A stretch of DNA of 64,000 bases from Pristiophorus japonicus (lineage: Eukaryota). How positions within the stretch are numbered: the first letter of the stretch is position 1; every line of letters starts with the position of its first letter. Shown one piece after another: positions 11,904 through 22,939 of the stretch. A model generated the notes under the pieces. The model was not told the DNA's origin and searched no databases. It worked only from the letters and a program-made list of their open reading frames with translations. Location of the stretch: contig NW_027252090.1 in assembly GCF_044704955.1 (NCBI RefSeq), forward strand, positions 248,001 through 312,000, given 5' to 3'. The position numbers were made by a program, and so were the translations under genes.

Positions 11904-11984
11904 GTTTTTTGTACGAGGCGCTCGCTGTGTACAGCACCGTGACCCCGCTGTAGTACCACAGTGGCAGGGACCCGCACAAATACT
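11904..11984 (-). other. IGHD: DH1 segment (coding 11942-11956, GTACTACAGCGGGGT) with 12/22 RSS
   Basis: Minus strand AGTATTTGT-12-CACTGTG [15 nt] CACGGTG-22-ACAAAAAAC; this is the shark D1 configuration. Confidence 0.93.
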
Positions 11985-12335
11985 CCACTCATTCTCTGAT
12001 TAACGCTGGCAGAAAATAAATTGCTCAATCAACAGAAAGGTTTATCAGATTTTGATTGTCGAATGATGATTCTTTCTGACAGTGCAGAAATGGACCAAAG
12101 TCCTACCCATAGTTACAATATTAAAGCTTTCATTGAATCCTCGTTGTTAATCCTGGACACAGTAACGATAAACCATCTTCATCTATACAAAGTTAGTTAA
12201 TGTGCATTTTATTCTTAAACAGTTTATTGCTGTAGCAAATACACTCTTGCAATCTAGGTTAAACACATCTCTTGATATACTTTACACCGTTACTGACCTA
12301 GAATTCGATGGAAGTTGCTGCAATTGCTCTCGTTC

Positions 12336-12374
12336 AGTTTCTGTACGAGCCCAAGTCGGGTTCGGGTCGCTGTG
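12336..12374 (-). promoter_or_regulatory. V 3' recombination signal (23-bp spacer)
   Basis: Minus strand CACAGCG (12374-12368) + 23 nt + ACAGAAACT (12344-12336), directly after YYCARD. Confidence 0.93.
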
Positions 12375-12677
12375 GGTCTCTTGCACAGTAATACATGGCG
12401 GTGTCTTCGGTTCTCAGATTCTTGATCTCGATGTAGGTTGTGGAAGATGTACTTGAAGGGATGATCCGACCTTCCACTCCAGGCGCGTAATCTGTGCTAC
12501 TGGATGCTTTATAGTAAGCAAGCAGCCACTCCAGCCCCTTCCCGGGAACTTGTTTAACCCAGTGCATGTAGTAGCTGTCCAAACTGAACCCGCTCACTGA
12601 ACAGGACAGTTTGTGAGATTCTCCGGGCTTCATCGACACAGAAGCCGACTGGGTCAGCACGATTTCGGACTGGACAT
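12375..12677 (-). CDS. IGHV: VH exon (L2+V), open frame, IgW-like V
   Basis: Acceptor ttgacag| at 12678-12679. (Y)VQS/EIVLTQSASVSMKPGESHKLSCSVSGFSLDSYYMHWVKQVPGKGLEWLLAYYKASSSTDYAPGVEGRIIPSSTSSTTYIEIKNLRTEDTAMYYCAR has the canonical Cys, Trp, GLEW and DTAxYYC; no stops. Confidence 0.96.
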
Positions 12678-12799
12678 CTGTCAATGAATGAAATAAATTG
12701 TAATTACTTTCGAGAACATTCACATCAATGAATAGCAATAAAAACACAATATCTGAAGCCGCCTTGTATTGTGTCACGGAAGCAGCGAGGAATACTCAC

Positions 12800-12845
12800 A
12801 GGTGAAGCAGGCCAGAAACAAACAGAGACACGGGTCAAGTCCCAT
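12800..12845 (-). CDS. IGHV: VH leader exon L1 (MGLDPCLCLFLACFT)
   Basis: ATG at 12845-12843; 46-nt exon; donor |gtgagt at 12799-12794; splices in frame (T|AT = Y) to VQS of the V exon. Confidence 0.92.
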
Positions 12846-12929
12846 CGTCGGGTCTCTCGGTGTAACTGACTCGGGAAGCTGTCTCGGAGCCGCAACACCG
12901 CCTCCTGATTGTGAACCTGGAGCTGGGTC

Positions 12930-13060
12930 CCGCTATTTAAACTGTCCGGTCCCCTGTGTGTTTGTGTGTGTGTGTGTGTGTGAGAGAGAGGGGGATGGTG
13001 ACTGGGAGTCACACGCCTCCCCCAGCAGCAGACTGACTCCTCCCCTATTTTCCTGTCTGA
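12930..13060 (-). promoter_or_regulatory. Putative VH promoter (TATA-like box, CA/CT microsatellite, palindrome)
   Basis: TTTAAATA at 12941-12934, ~90 nt upstream of the ATG; (CA)n(CT)n at 12955-12990; GTGACT-ggg-AGTCAC at 12998-13012; no ATGCAAAT octamer seen. Confidence 0.55.
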
Positions 13061-13259
13061 ATCCAGCTGTGTAAAATATAATACATCATTAATAATCCGT
13101 GTTTTCTGTACATTACCCAAAATTACCTTGACTTTGATTGCCGATATACTGCTGGGGATTATATACCGAATATCCAAAAGATTTTCAGTAGAACACTGAA
13201 TCAGTGTCAGGATTTACATTCCCCACAAACAGCCCACATTGACTCCGTGTCCAATTCCT

Positions 13260-13533
13260 CTCAGGTGGATGTAAAATATCCCATCGCATTATTTCGAACA
13301 AGAGCAGGGGAGTTCTTCCCTGTGTTTGTTCAATATTTATCCCTCAACAAACTTCACTAAAATATCATTTCGTCATGTATCACGTTGCTGTTAGTTGGAT
13401 CGTGCTGTGCACAAATTGGCTGCCGTGTTTCCCTCCATTACAACAGCGATAACACTCCAAAACGTAGTTAATTGTCACGAAAGAGCATCCTGTTTTCGAG
13501 AAAGCAGCTATATAAATGGAAGTCTTTATTTTT
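13260..13533 (+). mobile_element. DeuSINE-family (SacSINE1/AmnSINE1-like) SINE, 3' part
   Basis: caggtggatgtaaaatatcccat...gagcaggggagttct...gctgtgcacaaattggctgccgtgtttcc...ctatataaatggaagtc matches the Deu-domain body and tail. Confidence 0.75.
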
Positions 13534-14899
13534 GTGATCGGCAACTGCTTCTGGGATGGATATGCTTCCCGGTTATACAGCAGGGAAAGCTAAGTTTGGG
13601 AACAACATTACATTTTATCAGATAGCATCCACCGCGCCTGTGCAGCTCCACACTTAATACAATCGTTCCTGACCCAAATCGGGCACTGGATCTCAGTCCA
13701 CCCGTGTGAAGACTGTTACTTAATTTCACGCTGAGCAATTCTAAATGTTAAAAGTGAAGATCTACACCTATCTGTATAATTGTGAGGAGTTCGCACAGTC
13801 CGCCCAAAGCTATCTGGGTGAGAATTAAATCACTCTGCCTCGCTCTCTAATCGAAATTACATTACTGTCCCACCGACCATGGAAATGTCCTCAACACTAA
13901 AGATTAAACGGTGTCGATCAGTGTGAAACGATTATCCGTAGCTTTGGGATATTATTGGTTTGAGGTAACATTTTTAATTTGCACCTGGAAAGGGAAATCA
14001 TTATAATAAATGCTTTAATTGAGTGTCGCCATTGTGCAGTTTGATTCGGTGCTGACCTTAACCCAGCTATGGCCAGCTGTTGTGATGCCAAGTGTATGTC
14101 TCTCACAGTTGTACCAGAGCGTGTTTTATTTAAAAATATAAAGGCTATCAATAACAATTAGATCAAAACTTGAGTAACAAGAATTCCCGGTCAGAGGCTC
14201 CATCAATGGGACTGTAACGCGGCAGACTGCAGCTCAAGGGGTCAAGTATAAATTATCAAAGGAACCAGGAATTGTGATATGGATTATTGCGATCTTTATA
14301 TCTGTACCTCTATATGTGTATGTGATACCAGCACAGGCATCAATTGCCGTCTGCTGGATTGTAATAGAACAATCCAGAGAAGATTTGTCCTTCATTAATT
14401 GACGCATCAAATGCTTTGCATTGCTCTAATTATATTGTCTTCTGTACTGCACATGTCATACACGAAACATCATGTTTTTAAGGTCATGCCATCAAAAATA
14501 TATTTTAGATGGATGTTGCCTACTGATTCAGTAGTCGAAGAATTAACTTCCAAGTTGATCCCACCCACGCACAGTCCATATCTCTCCCACACATTTTGTC
14601 ACAGAGATCCATAATTTCACCATCAGTGACGGGCGAGAACTCACAATGTAACTTGCAGGAAACATCTGCTGGTTTGGTGCAGAAAAACAACTAGCTGTTT
14701 CCCGCCCGCTGAGCAGAGATAGAAAGCCAACTACAACCACCTGTGAATGGAACCTATTTGTACACAAATCTGCCCAGCAACAATATACTCGTACTGGCAA
14801 GGAACATCCCCATTGGTAATATGGAGATAATTTCAAATGACTTGTTATACCTGGGAATGATTCCCAGATCCTGCGACCTATCTGAGCCACCAGAATCCA

Positions 14900-15733
14900 C
14901 AAACCCTGCTGAGTCATTGAATATATTCAAGGCTGAGATACATAGTTTTTTGTACTCTAGGTGAATCAAGGGATATGGGCTTAAAGGAGGAAAGTTGAGT
15001 TTAGTTAGATGATCAGCCATGATCGTACTGAATGGCGGAGCAGTCTCGAGGGGCCTTGTAGCCTACTCCTGCTCCTAAATATTATGTTCTTATATAACTT
15101 CATACCTTCCCATGAAAACCTCCTCAGAATTGATAACAGTAATTGTGTCCTTTCTGCATTAACTCCTCCTGATCTCTTAGCCCTCTTGTGGTTTGCTCTG
15201 AGAAATTCCTTTGGAGTTTGGAAGAATGAGAGGCGATCTCATTGAAACGTATATGATTCTGAGGGGTATTGACGGGCGAGATGCTGAGAGGTTGCTCCCG
15301 CTGATCGGAGACTCTGGAACTAGGCAGCATAATCTCAAGATAAGGTGTCAACAATATCAGGCTGAGATGAGGAGGAATTTCTTCACTCAGAGGTTTGTGA
15401 ATCTTTGGAATTCTCTGCCCCAGAGGGCTGAGGATGCTGCGTCCTTGATTATATTCAAAACTGAGATCGATAGATTTATGGACTCCAGAAGAATCAAGGG
15501 ATATGGGGATCGGACGGGAAAGTGGAGTTGAGGTCGAAGATGGGCCATGATCATATTGAATGGCAGAGCAGGCTCCAGCTTCCGTGTGGCTCCTAATTCT
15601 TATATTCCTATATCACTTCACATCTGCCCAAGTAAATTTTCTCAGAATTTGCAGCAGTAATTGGACCCTTTCTCCCTTAACTCCACCTGATATCTTGGCT
15701 CTCTCGTGGTTTGCTCTCAGAAATACCTCTGGG
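14900..15733 (+). repeat. Two CR1 3' ends, each followed by the same ~120-bp segment (local duplication)
   Basis: CR1 tails at ~14900-15095 and ~15213-15610. ctcagaatt...ttaactcc...gtggtttgctct.agaaat.cct repeats at ~15098-15214 and ~15612-15733. Confidence 0.7.
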
Positions 15734-15804
15734 TGAACGTCACTGGGAAAATGCAAGATGTTGTGTGTGGAATTAAATAATCATGTTGAAAAAACTCTGG
15801 CGCT

Positions 15805-15838
15805 TGCAGTAGATGGTTATCACCAGTAGGTGGCGACA
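15805..15838 (+). promoter_or_regulatory. Candidate CTCF binding site with upstream (U) module
   Basis: TGCAG (15805-15809) + 13 nt + CCAGTAGGTGGCG (15823-15835); matches the CTCF core CCASYAGRKGGCR and the expected U-module spacing. Confidence 0.6.
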
Positions 15839-16229
15839 GTGATCATATTGAAACAGGAATCATGCAGAGGCTGCTGTTGCTGAGCGGATAAGTCACCGTC
15901 TGCATTCTCAGAACAAGTTACAGCATTGCTATCAATCAATATTTAATAATACTCAGATTACTGCTCAGTTCAATTGGAAGAGAGTTTCATCCTTAGAATT
16001 AGAAGGAGAAATAAATATTAGATTTAGTCCAATCCAGACTATGGGAAGTATGTCAAGGCCTTGGTGATGCTGCGGAGCAGAACGTCTAGTAATTTATCAG
16101 AGTGAAGTATTTCAGTTATGAGGAGTCTGGAGAAACTGGGATTGTTCTACATAGATCAGAGAAGGTTAAATGGTTTTTTAATAGTAATTAAATATTGAAA
16201 TGTTGTGATAGATTCAGAGAGGATTATTG

Positions 16230-18790
16230 CACAGAATGAGGCCATTGTGCCCATCGCCCCTGAGCTAAAAAAAAGAGCCATCCAGCCTAATCCCACTTTC
16301 CAGCACTTGGTCCGCAGCCTTGTAGCTTAGGGCACTTCCAATGCATAATCATGTGCTTTGTAATGTGATGAGAATTTCTGCCTCTACCACCATTTCAGGC
16401 AGTAAGTCAAAAATCCCCACCACACTCTGGGTGAAATAAATTTTCCTCGACTCCCCTCAAATCCTTCCACCAATTACATTAATTTTATGTCCCCTACTTA
16501 CTGGTCTCTCTGCTGAGGGAAATAGGTACTTCCTATCCACCCTATCGAGGCACTTCATAATCTTATACTCCTCAATTTAATCTCCCCTCAGCCTCCACTG
16601 TTCCAAAGAAAACAACCCCAGCCGAACCAAACTATCCTCAGAGCTAAAAGTCTCCAGTCCTGGCAAGATCCTCATTATACTCCTTTGTACCCTCTCGAGT
16701 GCAATCTCATATTTCCTTTAATGTGGTGGCCAGGCTGCACGCAGTACTCTACCTGTGGCCGAACTAGTGTTTTGTACAGTTCAAGCATAACCGCCCTGCT
16801 CCTTTATTCTATGCCTTGGCTATTCAAATAAAGTATCCTGTATATCTTCTTAACCACCTTATATACCTGTCCTGCTACCTTCAAAGATCTGTGGACATGC
16901 ACTCCGTCCCTCTGTCCCTCTACATTTCTCAGTGTTCTATCATTTATTGTCTATTACCTTGCCTTGATAGCCCTCCTCAATTGCAGTACATCACACTTCT
17001 CCAGATTGAATTTCATTTGCCACTGTTCTACCCACTTTATCAGTCCATAGATATCTTCCTGTAGTCGACAGCTGTCTTCCTCAATATCAACCACACTGCC
17101 AATTGCTGTATCATCTGCAATCTTCCTAATCATGCCCCCGACATTCAAGTTCAAATCATTGATATATAACAAAAAAGCAAGGGAATTAATACAGAGCCCT
17201 GCAGAACCCCTCTGGAAACATCCTTCCTGTCACAAAAACACCCATCGTCCATTCCGCTTTGCTTCCTGCCTCTGAGCCAATTTTGGATCGAACTTGCCAG
17301 TTTCCCTTGGATCCCATGGGCTTTTACTTTTTCTGACCAACCTGCCTTGTGTGACCTTGTTAACGGCCTTGCTGAACTTGATGTAGATTACATCAAATGA
17401 TTCCTGATCGACCCTCCTCATTATCTCCTCATAAAATGTAACCAATTTAGTCAGATATGACATTCCTTTAACAAAACCATTTTTACAGTCCTTGATTAAT
17501 CTGTGATATTCTGAATGAACATTTATTCTGTCCCTCAGAACATTTTCCAATAATGTTCCCACCACTGAGGTTAGGCTGAATGGCCTATAATTACTTGGTC
17601 TATCCGTTTCTCCCTCTTTAAACAATGGCACAATGTTAGCAGTCCTCCAGTCCTCTGCCCCCATGCCTGTAACCAGAAAGGTTTGAATAATGATGGTCAG
17701 AGCCTGCGCTCTTTTCTCCCTTGCCTCGCATAACAGCCAGTGGAACATTACATTCGCGACTAGTGATTTGTCTATTTTTAAAGATGCTGAACCACTTAAT
17801 TATTCATCTGTCTCTAGGTTTATCCCATCTAATATTTCACACTCCTCCTCATAAACTACAGTGTCTGCATTGTCCCTCTGTCTGTGAAGACAGACGCAAA
17901 GTATGTATTGAGAACCATACCAGTGTCTTCTGCCTCCACACACAGGTTACCGTTTTCATCTCTACTCTTTCTTCATTTATTCCCTTGCGTTTTATGTATT
18001 TATAAACCAGCTTTGGATTTTCCTTGATTTTACTTGCCAACATTTCCATGCCCACTCTTTGCTTTCCGAATGTCCCTTTTCATTTCAGCTCTCCACTTTC
18101 TATACTCCCCTAGGTTGTTTGCAGTATTGATTTTTCGGTACCTAACAAAATCTTCGCTTTTTGCCTTATACTATCCTGTGTGCTCCGTGACATCCAGGGG
18201 ATCTAGATTTGGGAGTCCCACCCCTTTTCTTTGTGGGAACATATTTGCTCTGTACCCTTCTTATCTCTGCTTTGAATGCCTCCCAATGCTCTGACACTGA
18301 TTTACCTTCAAGTAGCTGTTCTGCGTCTCTTTTGTTAAATCACTTCTCAGCTTATTAAAATTGGCCTTTCCCCACTCGACATTTACACCTGGTCTACATT
18401 TTCCATAACGATGCTAAATATAACTGAATTTTGATCAAAAGAGTCAAAATGCTCTCCCACTAATACCCCTTCCAACTGGCCAGTTTCATTTCCTAAAATT
18501 AAATCCAGAACTACTCGTTGGCATTACTACGTTCTGTCTAAAAAAAATCTTCTGGAATCCATTTTAAGGGTTCTAGGGTAGTTGTCACCCCCTACTAATG
18601 TTCCCTATTGTTTTTGGACATCTCACAAATGTAGTTGTATATTTGTTATTCTATCTCCCTCTGAATGTTTAGGGATCTATAGTTGTGTGCTTGTCCCTTT
18701 TTTGTTCTTCCGTTCAATCTATATGGATTCATTTGATGATCTTTCCAACATATCATCCCTCCTTACAGCTGTAATGGTTTCCTTTATAGG
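16230..18790 (-). mobile_element. Decayed CR1 LINE (end of endonuclease, RT and 3' end)
   Basis: Minus ORFs contain WRTANIVPLFKEG...NYRPFSLTSVVG, YINDLNLNVGGMIRKIADD and KIKENPKLVYKYIK. Confidence 0.9.
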
Positions 18791-19014
18791 AGATAGGGTC
18801 ATTGTCCTCTCTTGTGTTTGCATTTTCATTTATTGAGGCTTTTCTCATTGGTACCTGCATTTTATTTGTCTCATGCCTCTTATTGCTATTCGTATCATTC
18901 TACTTGCTATTATCCAGTTGTGTTTCAAGTCATGTGTTAGAGCCTTTAACTTTGATTTAACTACTTGAAAAAATATTCGTGCTTAAGATCGAGATCAGGC
19001 TTATGGTTGAAGGT

Positions 19015-19230
19015 ATTTTAGGTTTTGGGTTCAGGTTAGAGTTAGGGTCGATAGTTTTGGGGTCACTCGGGTTAGTGTCATTAGAGTTAGAATAGTGGTT
19101 ATGGTTGGTGTTATGGATTAGTGTTGGTGTTGTGGTTTGGATCAGGGATCGGATTTGTGAGCTAGGGTTAGTGTTACGGTAGGCTTTCCATGGTTCCATG
19201 GGGGTTACTTTAGGTTTGGATCGGGGTCAG
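19015..19230 (+). repeat. Degenerate (TTAGGG)n-like interstitial repeat
   Basis: G/T-rich hexamer periodicity (ttaggt, ttcagg, ttagag, ttaggg, ttagtg, ttatgg); the minus ORF reads NPNSNLNPKPK. Confidence 0.6.
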
Positions 19231-19261
19231 ATTTTTCTCGTTTTATATTTGATTGAGTCAA

Positions 19262-19700
19262 TTTGTTAACTGGGTTTCTCATTCCCAGAATCTCTCTCTG
19301 TCTTCTTCCTTTGTGGGGTTGTCCAGCTCATTTTGGTTTCAAGCCCCATAATTTCGTGGGACTTAACCCCACGTTCCATGAAATGCCTGATGGTTGCTTT
19401 GTCCTCATGTTCTGTTCTGGTGGCACTGAGGTGCCCTATAAGCCTGGTTCTTTGATAGTTCCCTTTTTTCCAACTATTCAAGATGTAGCATTGTTTGCAT
19501 CGGATTGCCGTAGATTACACTCGGCAGATCGCACGTAATCTTTCGGCTTATGAAGTCAGTTTCCCCGTGCTCCTGCTTTGTATTTGGTTTTGGATTTGTA
19601 ACTATTTGCATGTCCCATATTGCTTGCCACCAGAGTTCTGGTTACCTGTACTCTGCTGCCAACCAACATATCATTTACATTATTTTCTCTTTTAAAAGCT
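19262..19700 (-). mobile_element. Penelope-like element, GIY-YIG C-terminal fragment
   Basis: RTRLIGHLSATR...KATIRHF...HEIMGLE...QRKKTE fits the PLE endonuclease C-terminal pattern (R-x3-H...HF...H...GLE...R-x3-E). Confidence 0.5.
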
Positions 19701-19809
19701 GATGTTTTGCTGTACTGGCTGAGTGCGTACCTCTAATTTCAGTTTTTCAAAATTATTTAAATTACTCTGTTAATTTGTGAGGCCACTTGACACAGGACCT
19801 TACGCAATA

Positions 19810-21255
19810 TAAACAGTGACAGGGTCTCGTGTAATGTAAACAGAGACAGGGTCTCGTGTAATGTAAACAGGGACAGGGTCTATTTTAATATAAACAGGGA
19901 CACGGTATCGTGTAATATAAACAGGGACAGTGTCTAGTGTAATATAAACAGAGACATGGTCCACTGGAATATAAAAAGAGACAGGACCTAGTCATCTTCA
20001 TCATAGGCAGTCCTTTGAAATCGAGGAAGACTTGCTTCCTCTCTAAAAATGAGATCTTAGGGGACTAAACATTCCAATATGGGAATTACAGTCTCTGTCA
20101 CAGGTAAAACAGACAACCGTTGAACGAAAAGGTGAGAGGAACTGGTTTGCCGCACACTCCATCTGCTGCCTGTGCTTGGTTTCTGCATGCTCTCGGCGAT
20201 GAGACTCGAAGTGCTCAGAACCCGCCCAGATGCACTTCCTCCATTTAGGGCGGCCTTTGGCCAAGGACTCTCAGGTGATGGTCGGGATGTTGCATTTTAT
20301 CAAGGAGACTTTGAGGGATTCCTTGAAACGCCACCTTGGACTCGCTTGCAGTGTCGGAGTCGAGCGCTTGCTTTGGGAGTCTTCGGTCAGGCATGCAACA
20401 CTTTGGCACACCCAGCAGAGCTGGTCGAGTGTGGTCAGTGCTTCGATGCTGATGATGTTTGCCTGGTCAAGGATGATAATGTTGATGCGTCTGTCCTCCC
20501 AGGGGATTTGCAGGATCTTGTGGGGAAATTGTTGGTGTTATTTCTCCAGCGATTTGAGGTGTCTCCTGTTTATGGTCCACATCTCTGAGCTATGCAGGAG
20601 GGCGGGTATCACTACAGCCCTGTAGATCATGAGCTTGGTGGAAGATTTGAGGGCGTGGTCTTCGAACACTGTTTACCTCAGGCGGCCAAAGGCTGCACTG
20701 GCACACTGGAGGCGCAGTGAATCTCGTCGTCAATGTTTGCCCTTGTTGTTAATTTGCTCCCGAAATCCGGAAAGTGGTCCACGTTGTCCAGGGCCACGCC
20801 GTGGATCTTGATGAATTGGGGTTAGTGTGGTGGAGTCAGACTTGTGGATGACCTTTGTCTTATAGATGTTTAGTGCAAGGACCATGCTTTCATGCCCAGT
20901 GTAATGTAAACAGAGACAGGGATCCACGTAATAAAAACAGAGACATAGTCTAGTGCAGTAATAACTGAGATAGGTTCTCGCATAAAATAAACAGCAACAG
21001 AGTCTAGCGTAATACAAACAAAGACAGTATGCAGTGCAGTACTCCAGCAGTGTAATATCAAACGGGTTAAAGAAACAGATAAAATATCTGTTTCAGTAAT
21101 AATTGAGATTGGGACTTGTCTAATATAAACAGATACATGGTCGGGATATAATGTAAATAAAATATGTTCTAGTGCAGAAATAAATGAGACACGGCCAAGT
21201 GTAATTTAAAAAAAGACATGGTCTAGTGCAGTAATAACTGAGACAGGGCACAGTA
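19810..21255 (-). repeat. 27-bp minisatellite in reverse orientation, split by an RTE
   Basis: Unit gtgtaatataaacagagacagggtcta at 19810-19990 and 20895-21255. Confidence 0.85.
19992..20895 (-). mobile_element. RTE-clade LINE 3' fragment
   Basis: Minus ORF ends CFTCDRDCNSHIGMFSPLRSHF (C-terminal Cys/His motif), followed by a gactgcctatgatga tail. Confidence 0.8.
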
Positions 21256-21257
21256 TT

Positions 21258-21945
21258 ACTCAGAAAATTAGAGGTGCATGTAACAAGGGTAATACAGTAA
21301 TCATGGGGGATTTCAATCTACATATAGACTTAGCAAACCAAATTTGCAGTAATATTGTGGAGGACGAATTCATGGAATGAATACAAGATGGTTTTCTCGA
21401 TTAGTATGTTGAGGAACCAGCAAGGGAACAGGCTATATTAGATCTAGTATTGTGCAGTCAGAAAGGATTAATTAATAACCTTGTAGAAAATGGGCCTTTC
21501 GGGAAAAGTGGCCACAATGTGACAGAATGTTACATGAAATTTCAAAGTGATTTAGTTACATCCAAAACTAGGGACTTAAGTCTAAACAAAGCAAACTACG
21601 TAGCTATGAGAGCGTGTTGCGAACCTGTCTTAAAAGGTATGATGGTAGACAAGCAATGGATAGCATGTGAAGAATTAATGCATACGTTAAGATAAACATA
21701 CCTTTTTTAAGGCACAAAAATCGTGCAAGAAAATTGGTCCAACCATGGATAACAAGAGAAGTTAAATATAGTATTAAATCAAAGGAAAAGATTAATAATG
21801 TAGCCAAAAGTAGTAGTAAGCCTGAGGATTGGGAGGATTTTAGAATTCAGCAAAGGAAAACCAAGCAATTGATCAATAAAGGGAAAATAGATTATGAGAG
21901 AAAACACCGACACACATAAACAGACAGTAAAAGCTTCTATAGGGC
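21258..21945 (+). mobile_element. CR1 LINE internal fragment (endonuclease C-half and linker)
   Basis: VIMGDFN, AILDLVLC, GKSGHN and QPWITREVKYSIK motifs. Confidence 0.85.
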
Positions 21946-21949
21946 ATGT

Positions 21950-22800
21950 CTTAGTTTTTGCTGAAATAGACCTTGTATCAGTTTATATTACACGAGACAA
22001 TGTCTTTTTTTATATTACACTAGACAATGTCTCAGTTTATATTACACTAGATAATGTCTCCGTTTATATTACACTAGACAATGTCTCACTTTATATTACA
22101 CTAGATGCTGTCTCAGTTATTACTGCACTAGAACATATCCCTGGTATATTATAATCGGTCCTGTCTCCGTTAGTACTGTGCTAGACTTTGGTTCTGTTAA
22201 TATTGCATTAATCCATTCGACCTGGTCACTGGTTATATTAAAGTAGGCCCTCCGTCTGTTCATATTACACTGGGCCATGTCTCTGTTTATATTACACAAG
22301 GCTCTCTCTGTTAGTACTGCAGGAGAACATGTATCTCTTTATATTACACTGGGACCTGTCTCAGTTTTATCATTGCACTAGACCATGTCTCTGATTAGAC
22401 TGCACTCAGCCTTGTCTCAGTCTACATTACACGATGCCCTGTCTCAGTTATTACTACACTGGAACATGCCCCTGTTCATATTGTCTTAGATTGGATACTG
22501 TCTCATTTTTACTGCACTCGCATATGTATCTCTTCATGTTACACGAAATCTTGCTTCAGTTTTAATGTAATAGACTATGTCTATGTTTATAATGCACTGG
22601 ACACTCTCAGTTATTACAATCTACACCATGCCTCCATTTATATTACAGGAGCCCCTGTCGCAGTTATTATTACACGAGACGATGTCACCTCTTTATATTG
22701 CACTCGGTTTTATCTCTGTTTTTAATAAAATAGACTGTTCTTCTATTTAAATTGCATGGTACCCTTTCTCAATTAGTACTGCACGAGATGCTGCCTCTAT
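21950..22800 (+). repeat. 27-bp minisatellite (forward, diverged)
   Basis: Unit ccctgtctctgtttatattacactaga; gives the spurious VSVYITLD-type ORF repeats. Confidence 0.85.
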
Positions 22801-22939
22801 TCAATTAGATGACGGATCATCGTTATCTTAACTCCATCGACCAGCCTTGGTTAATACCCTATCCGAACCAAATTTTACAAATCAATCGCTGGCAACAATC
22901 AGAAATAAATGCCTCCACATTTTATATCCTTCCCTTTAT

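Noticed and set aside
12375-12677. IgNAR or TCR identity for the V
   Set aside because: Full FR2/CDR2 with GLEW, no extra Cys, two D segments, a WGQG J, and a CH1 with the light-chain Cys.
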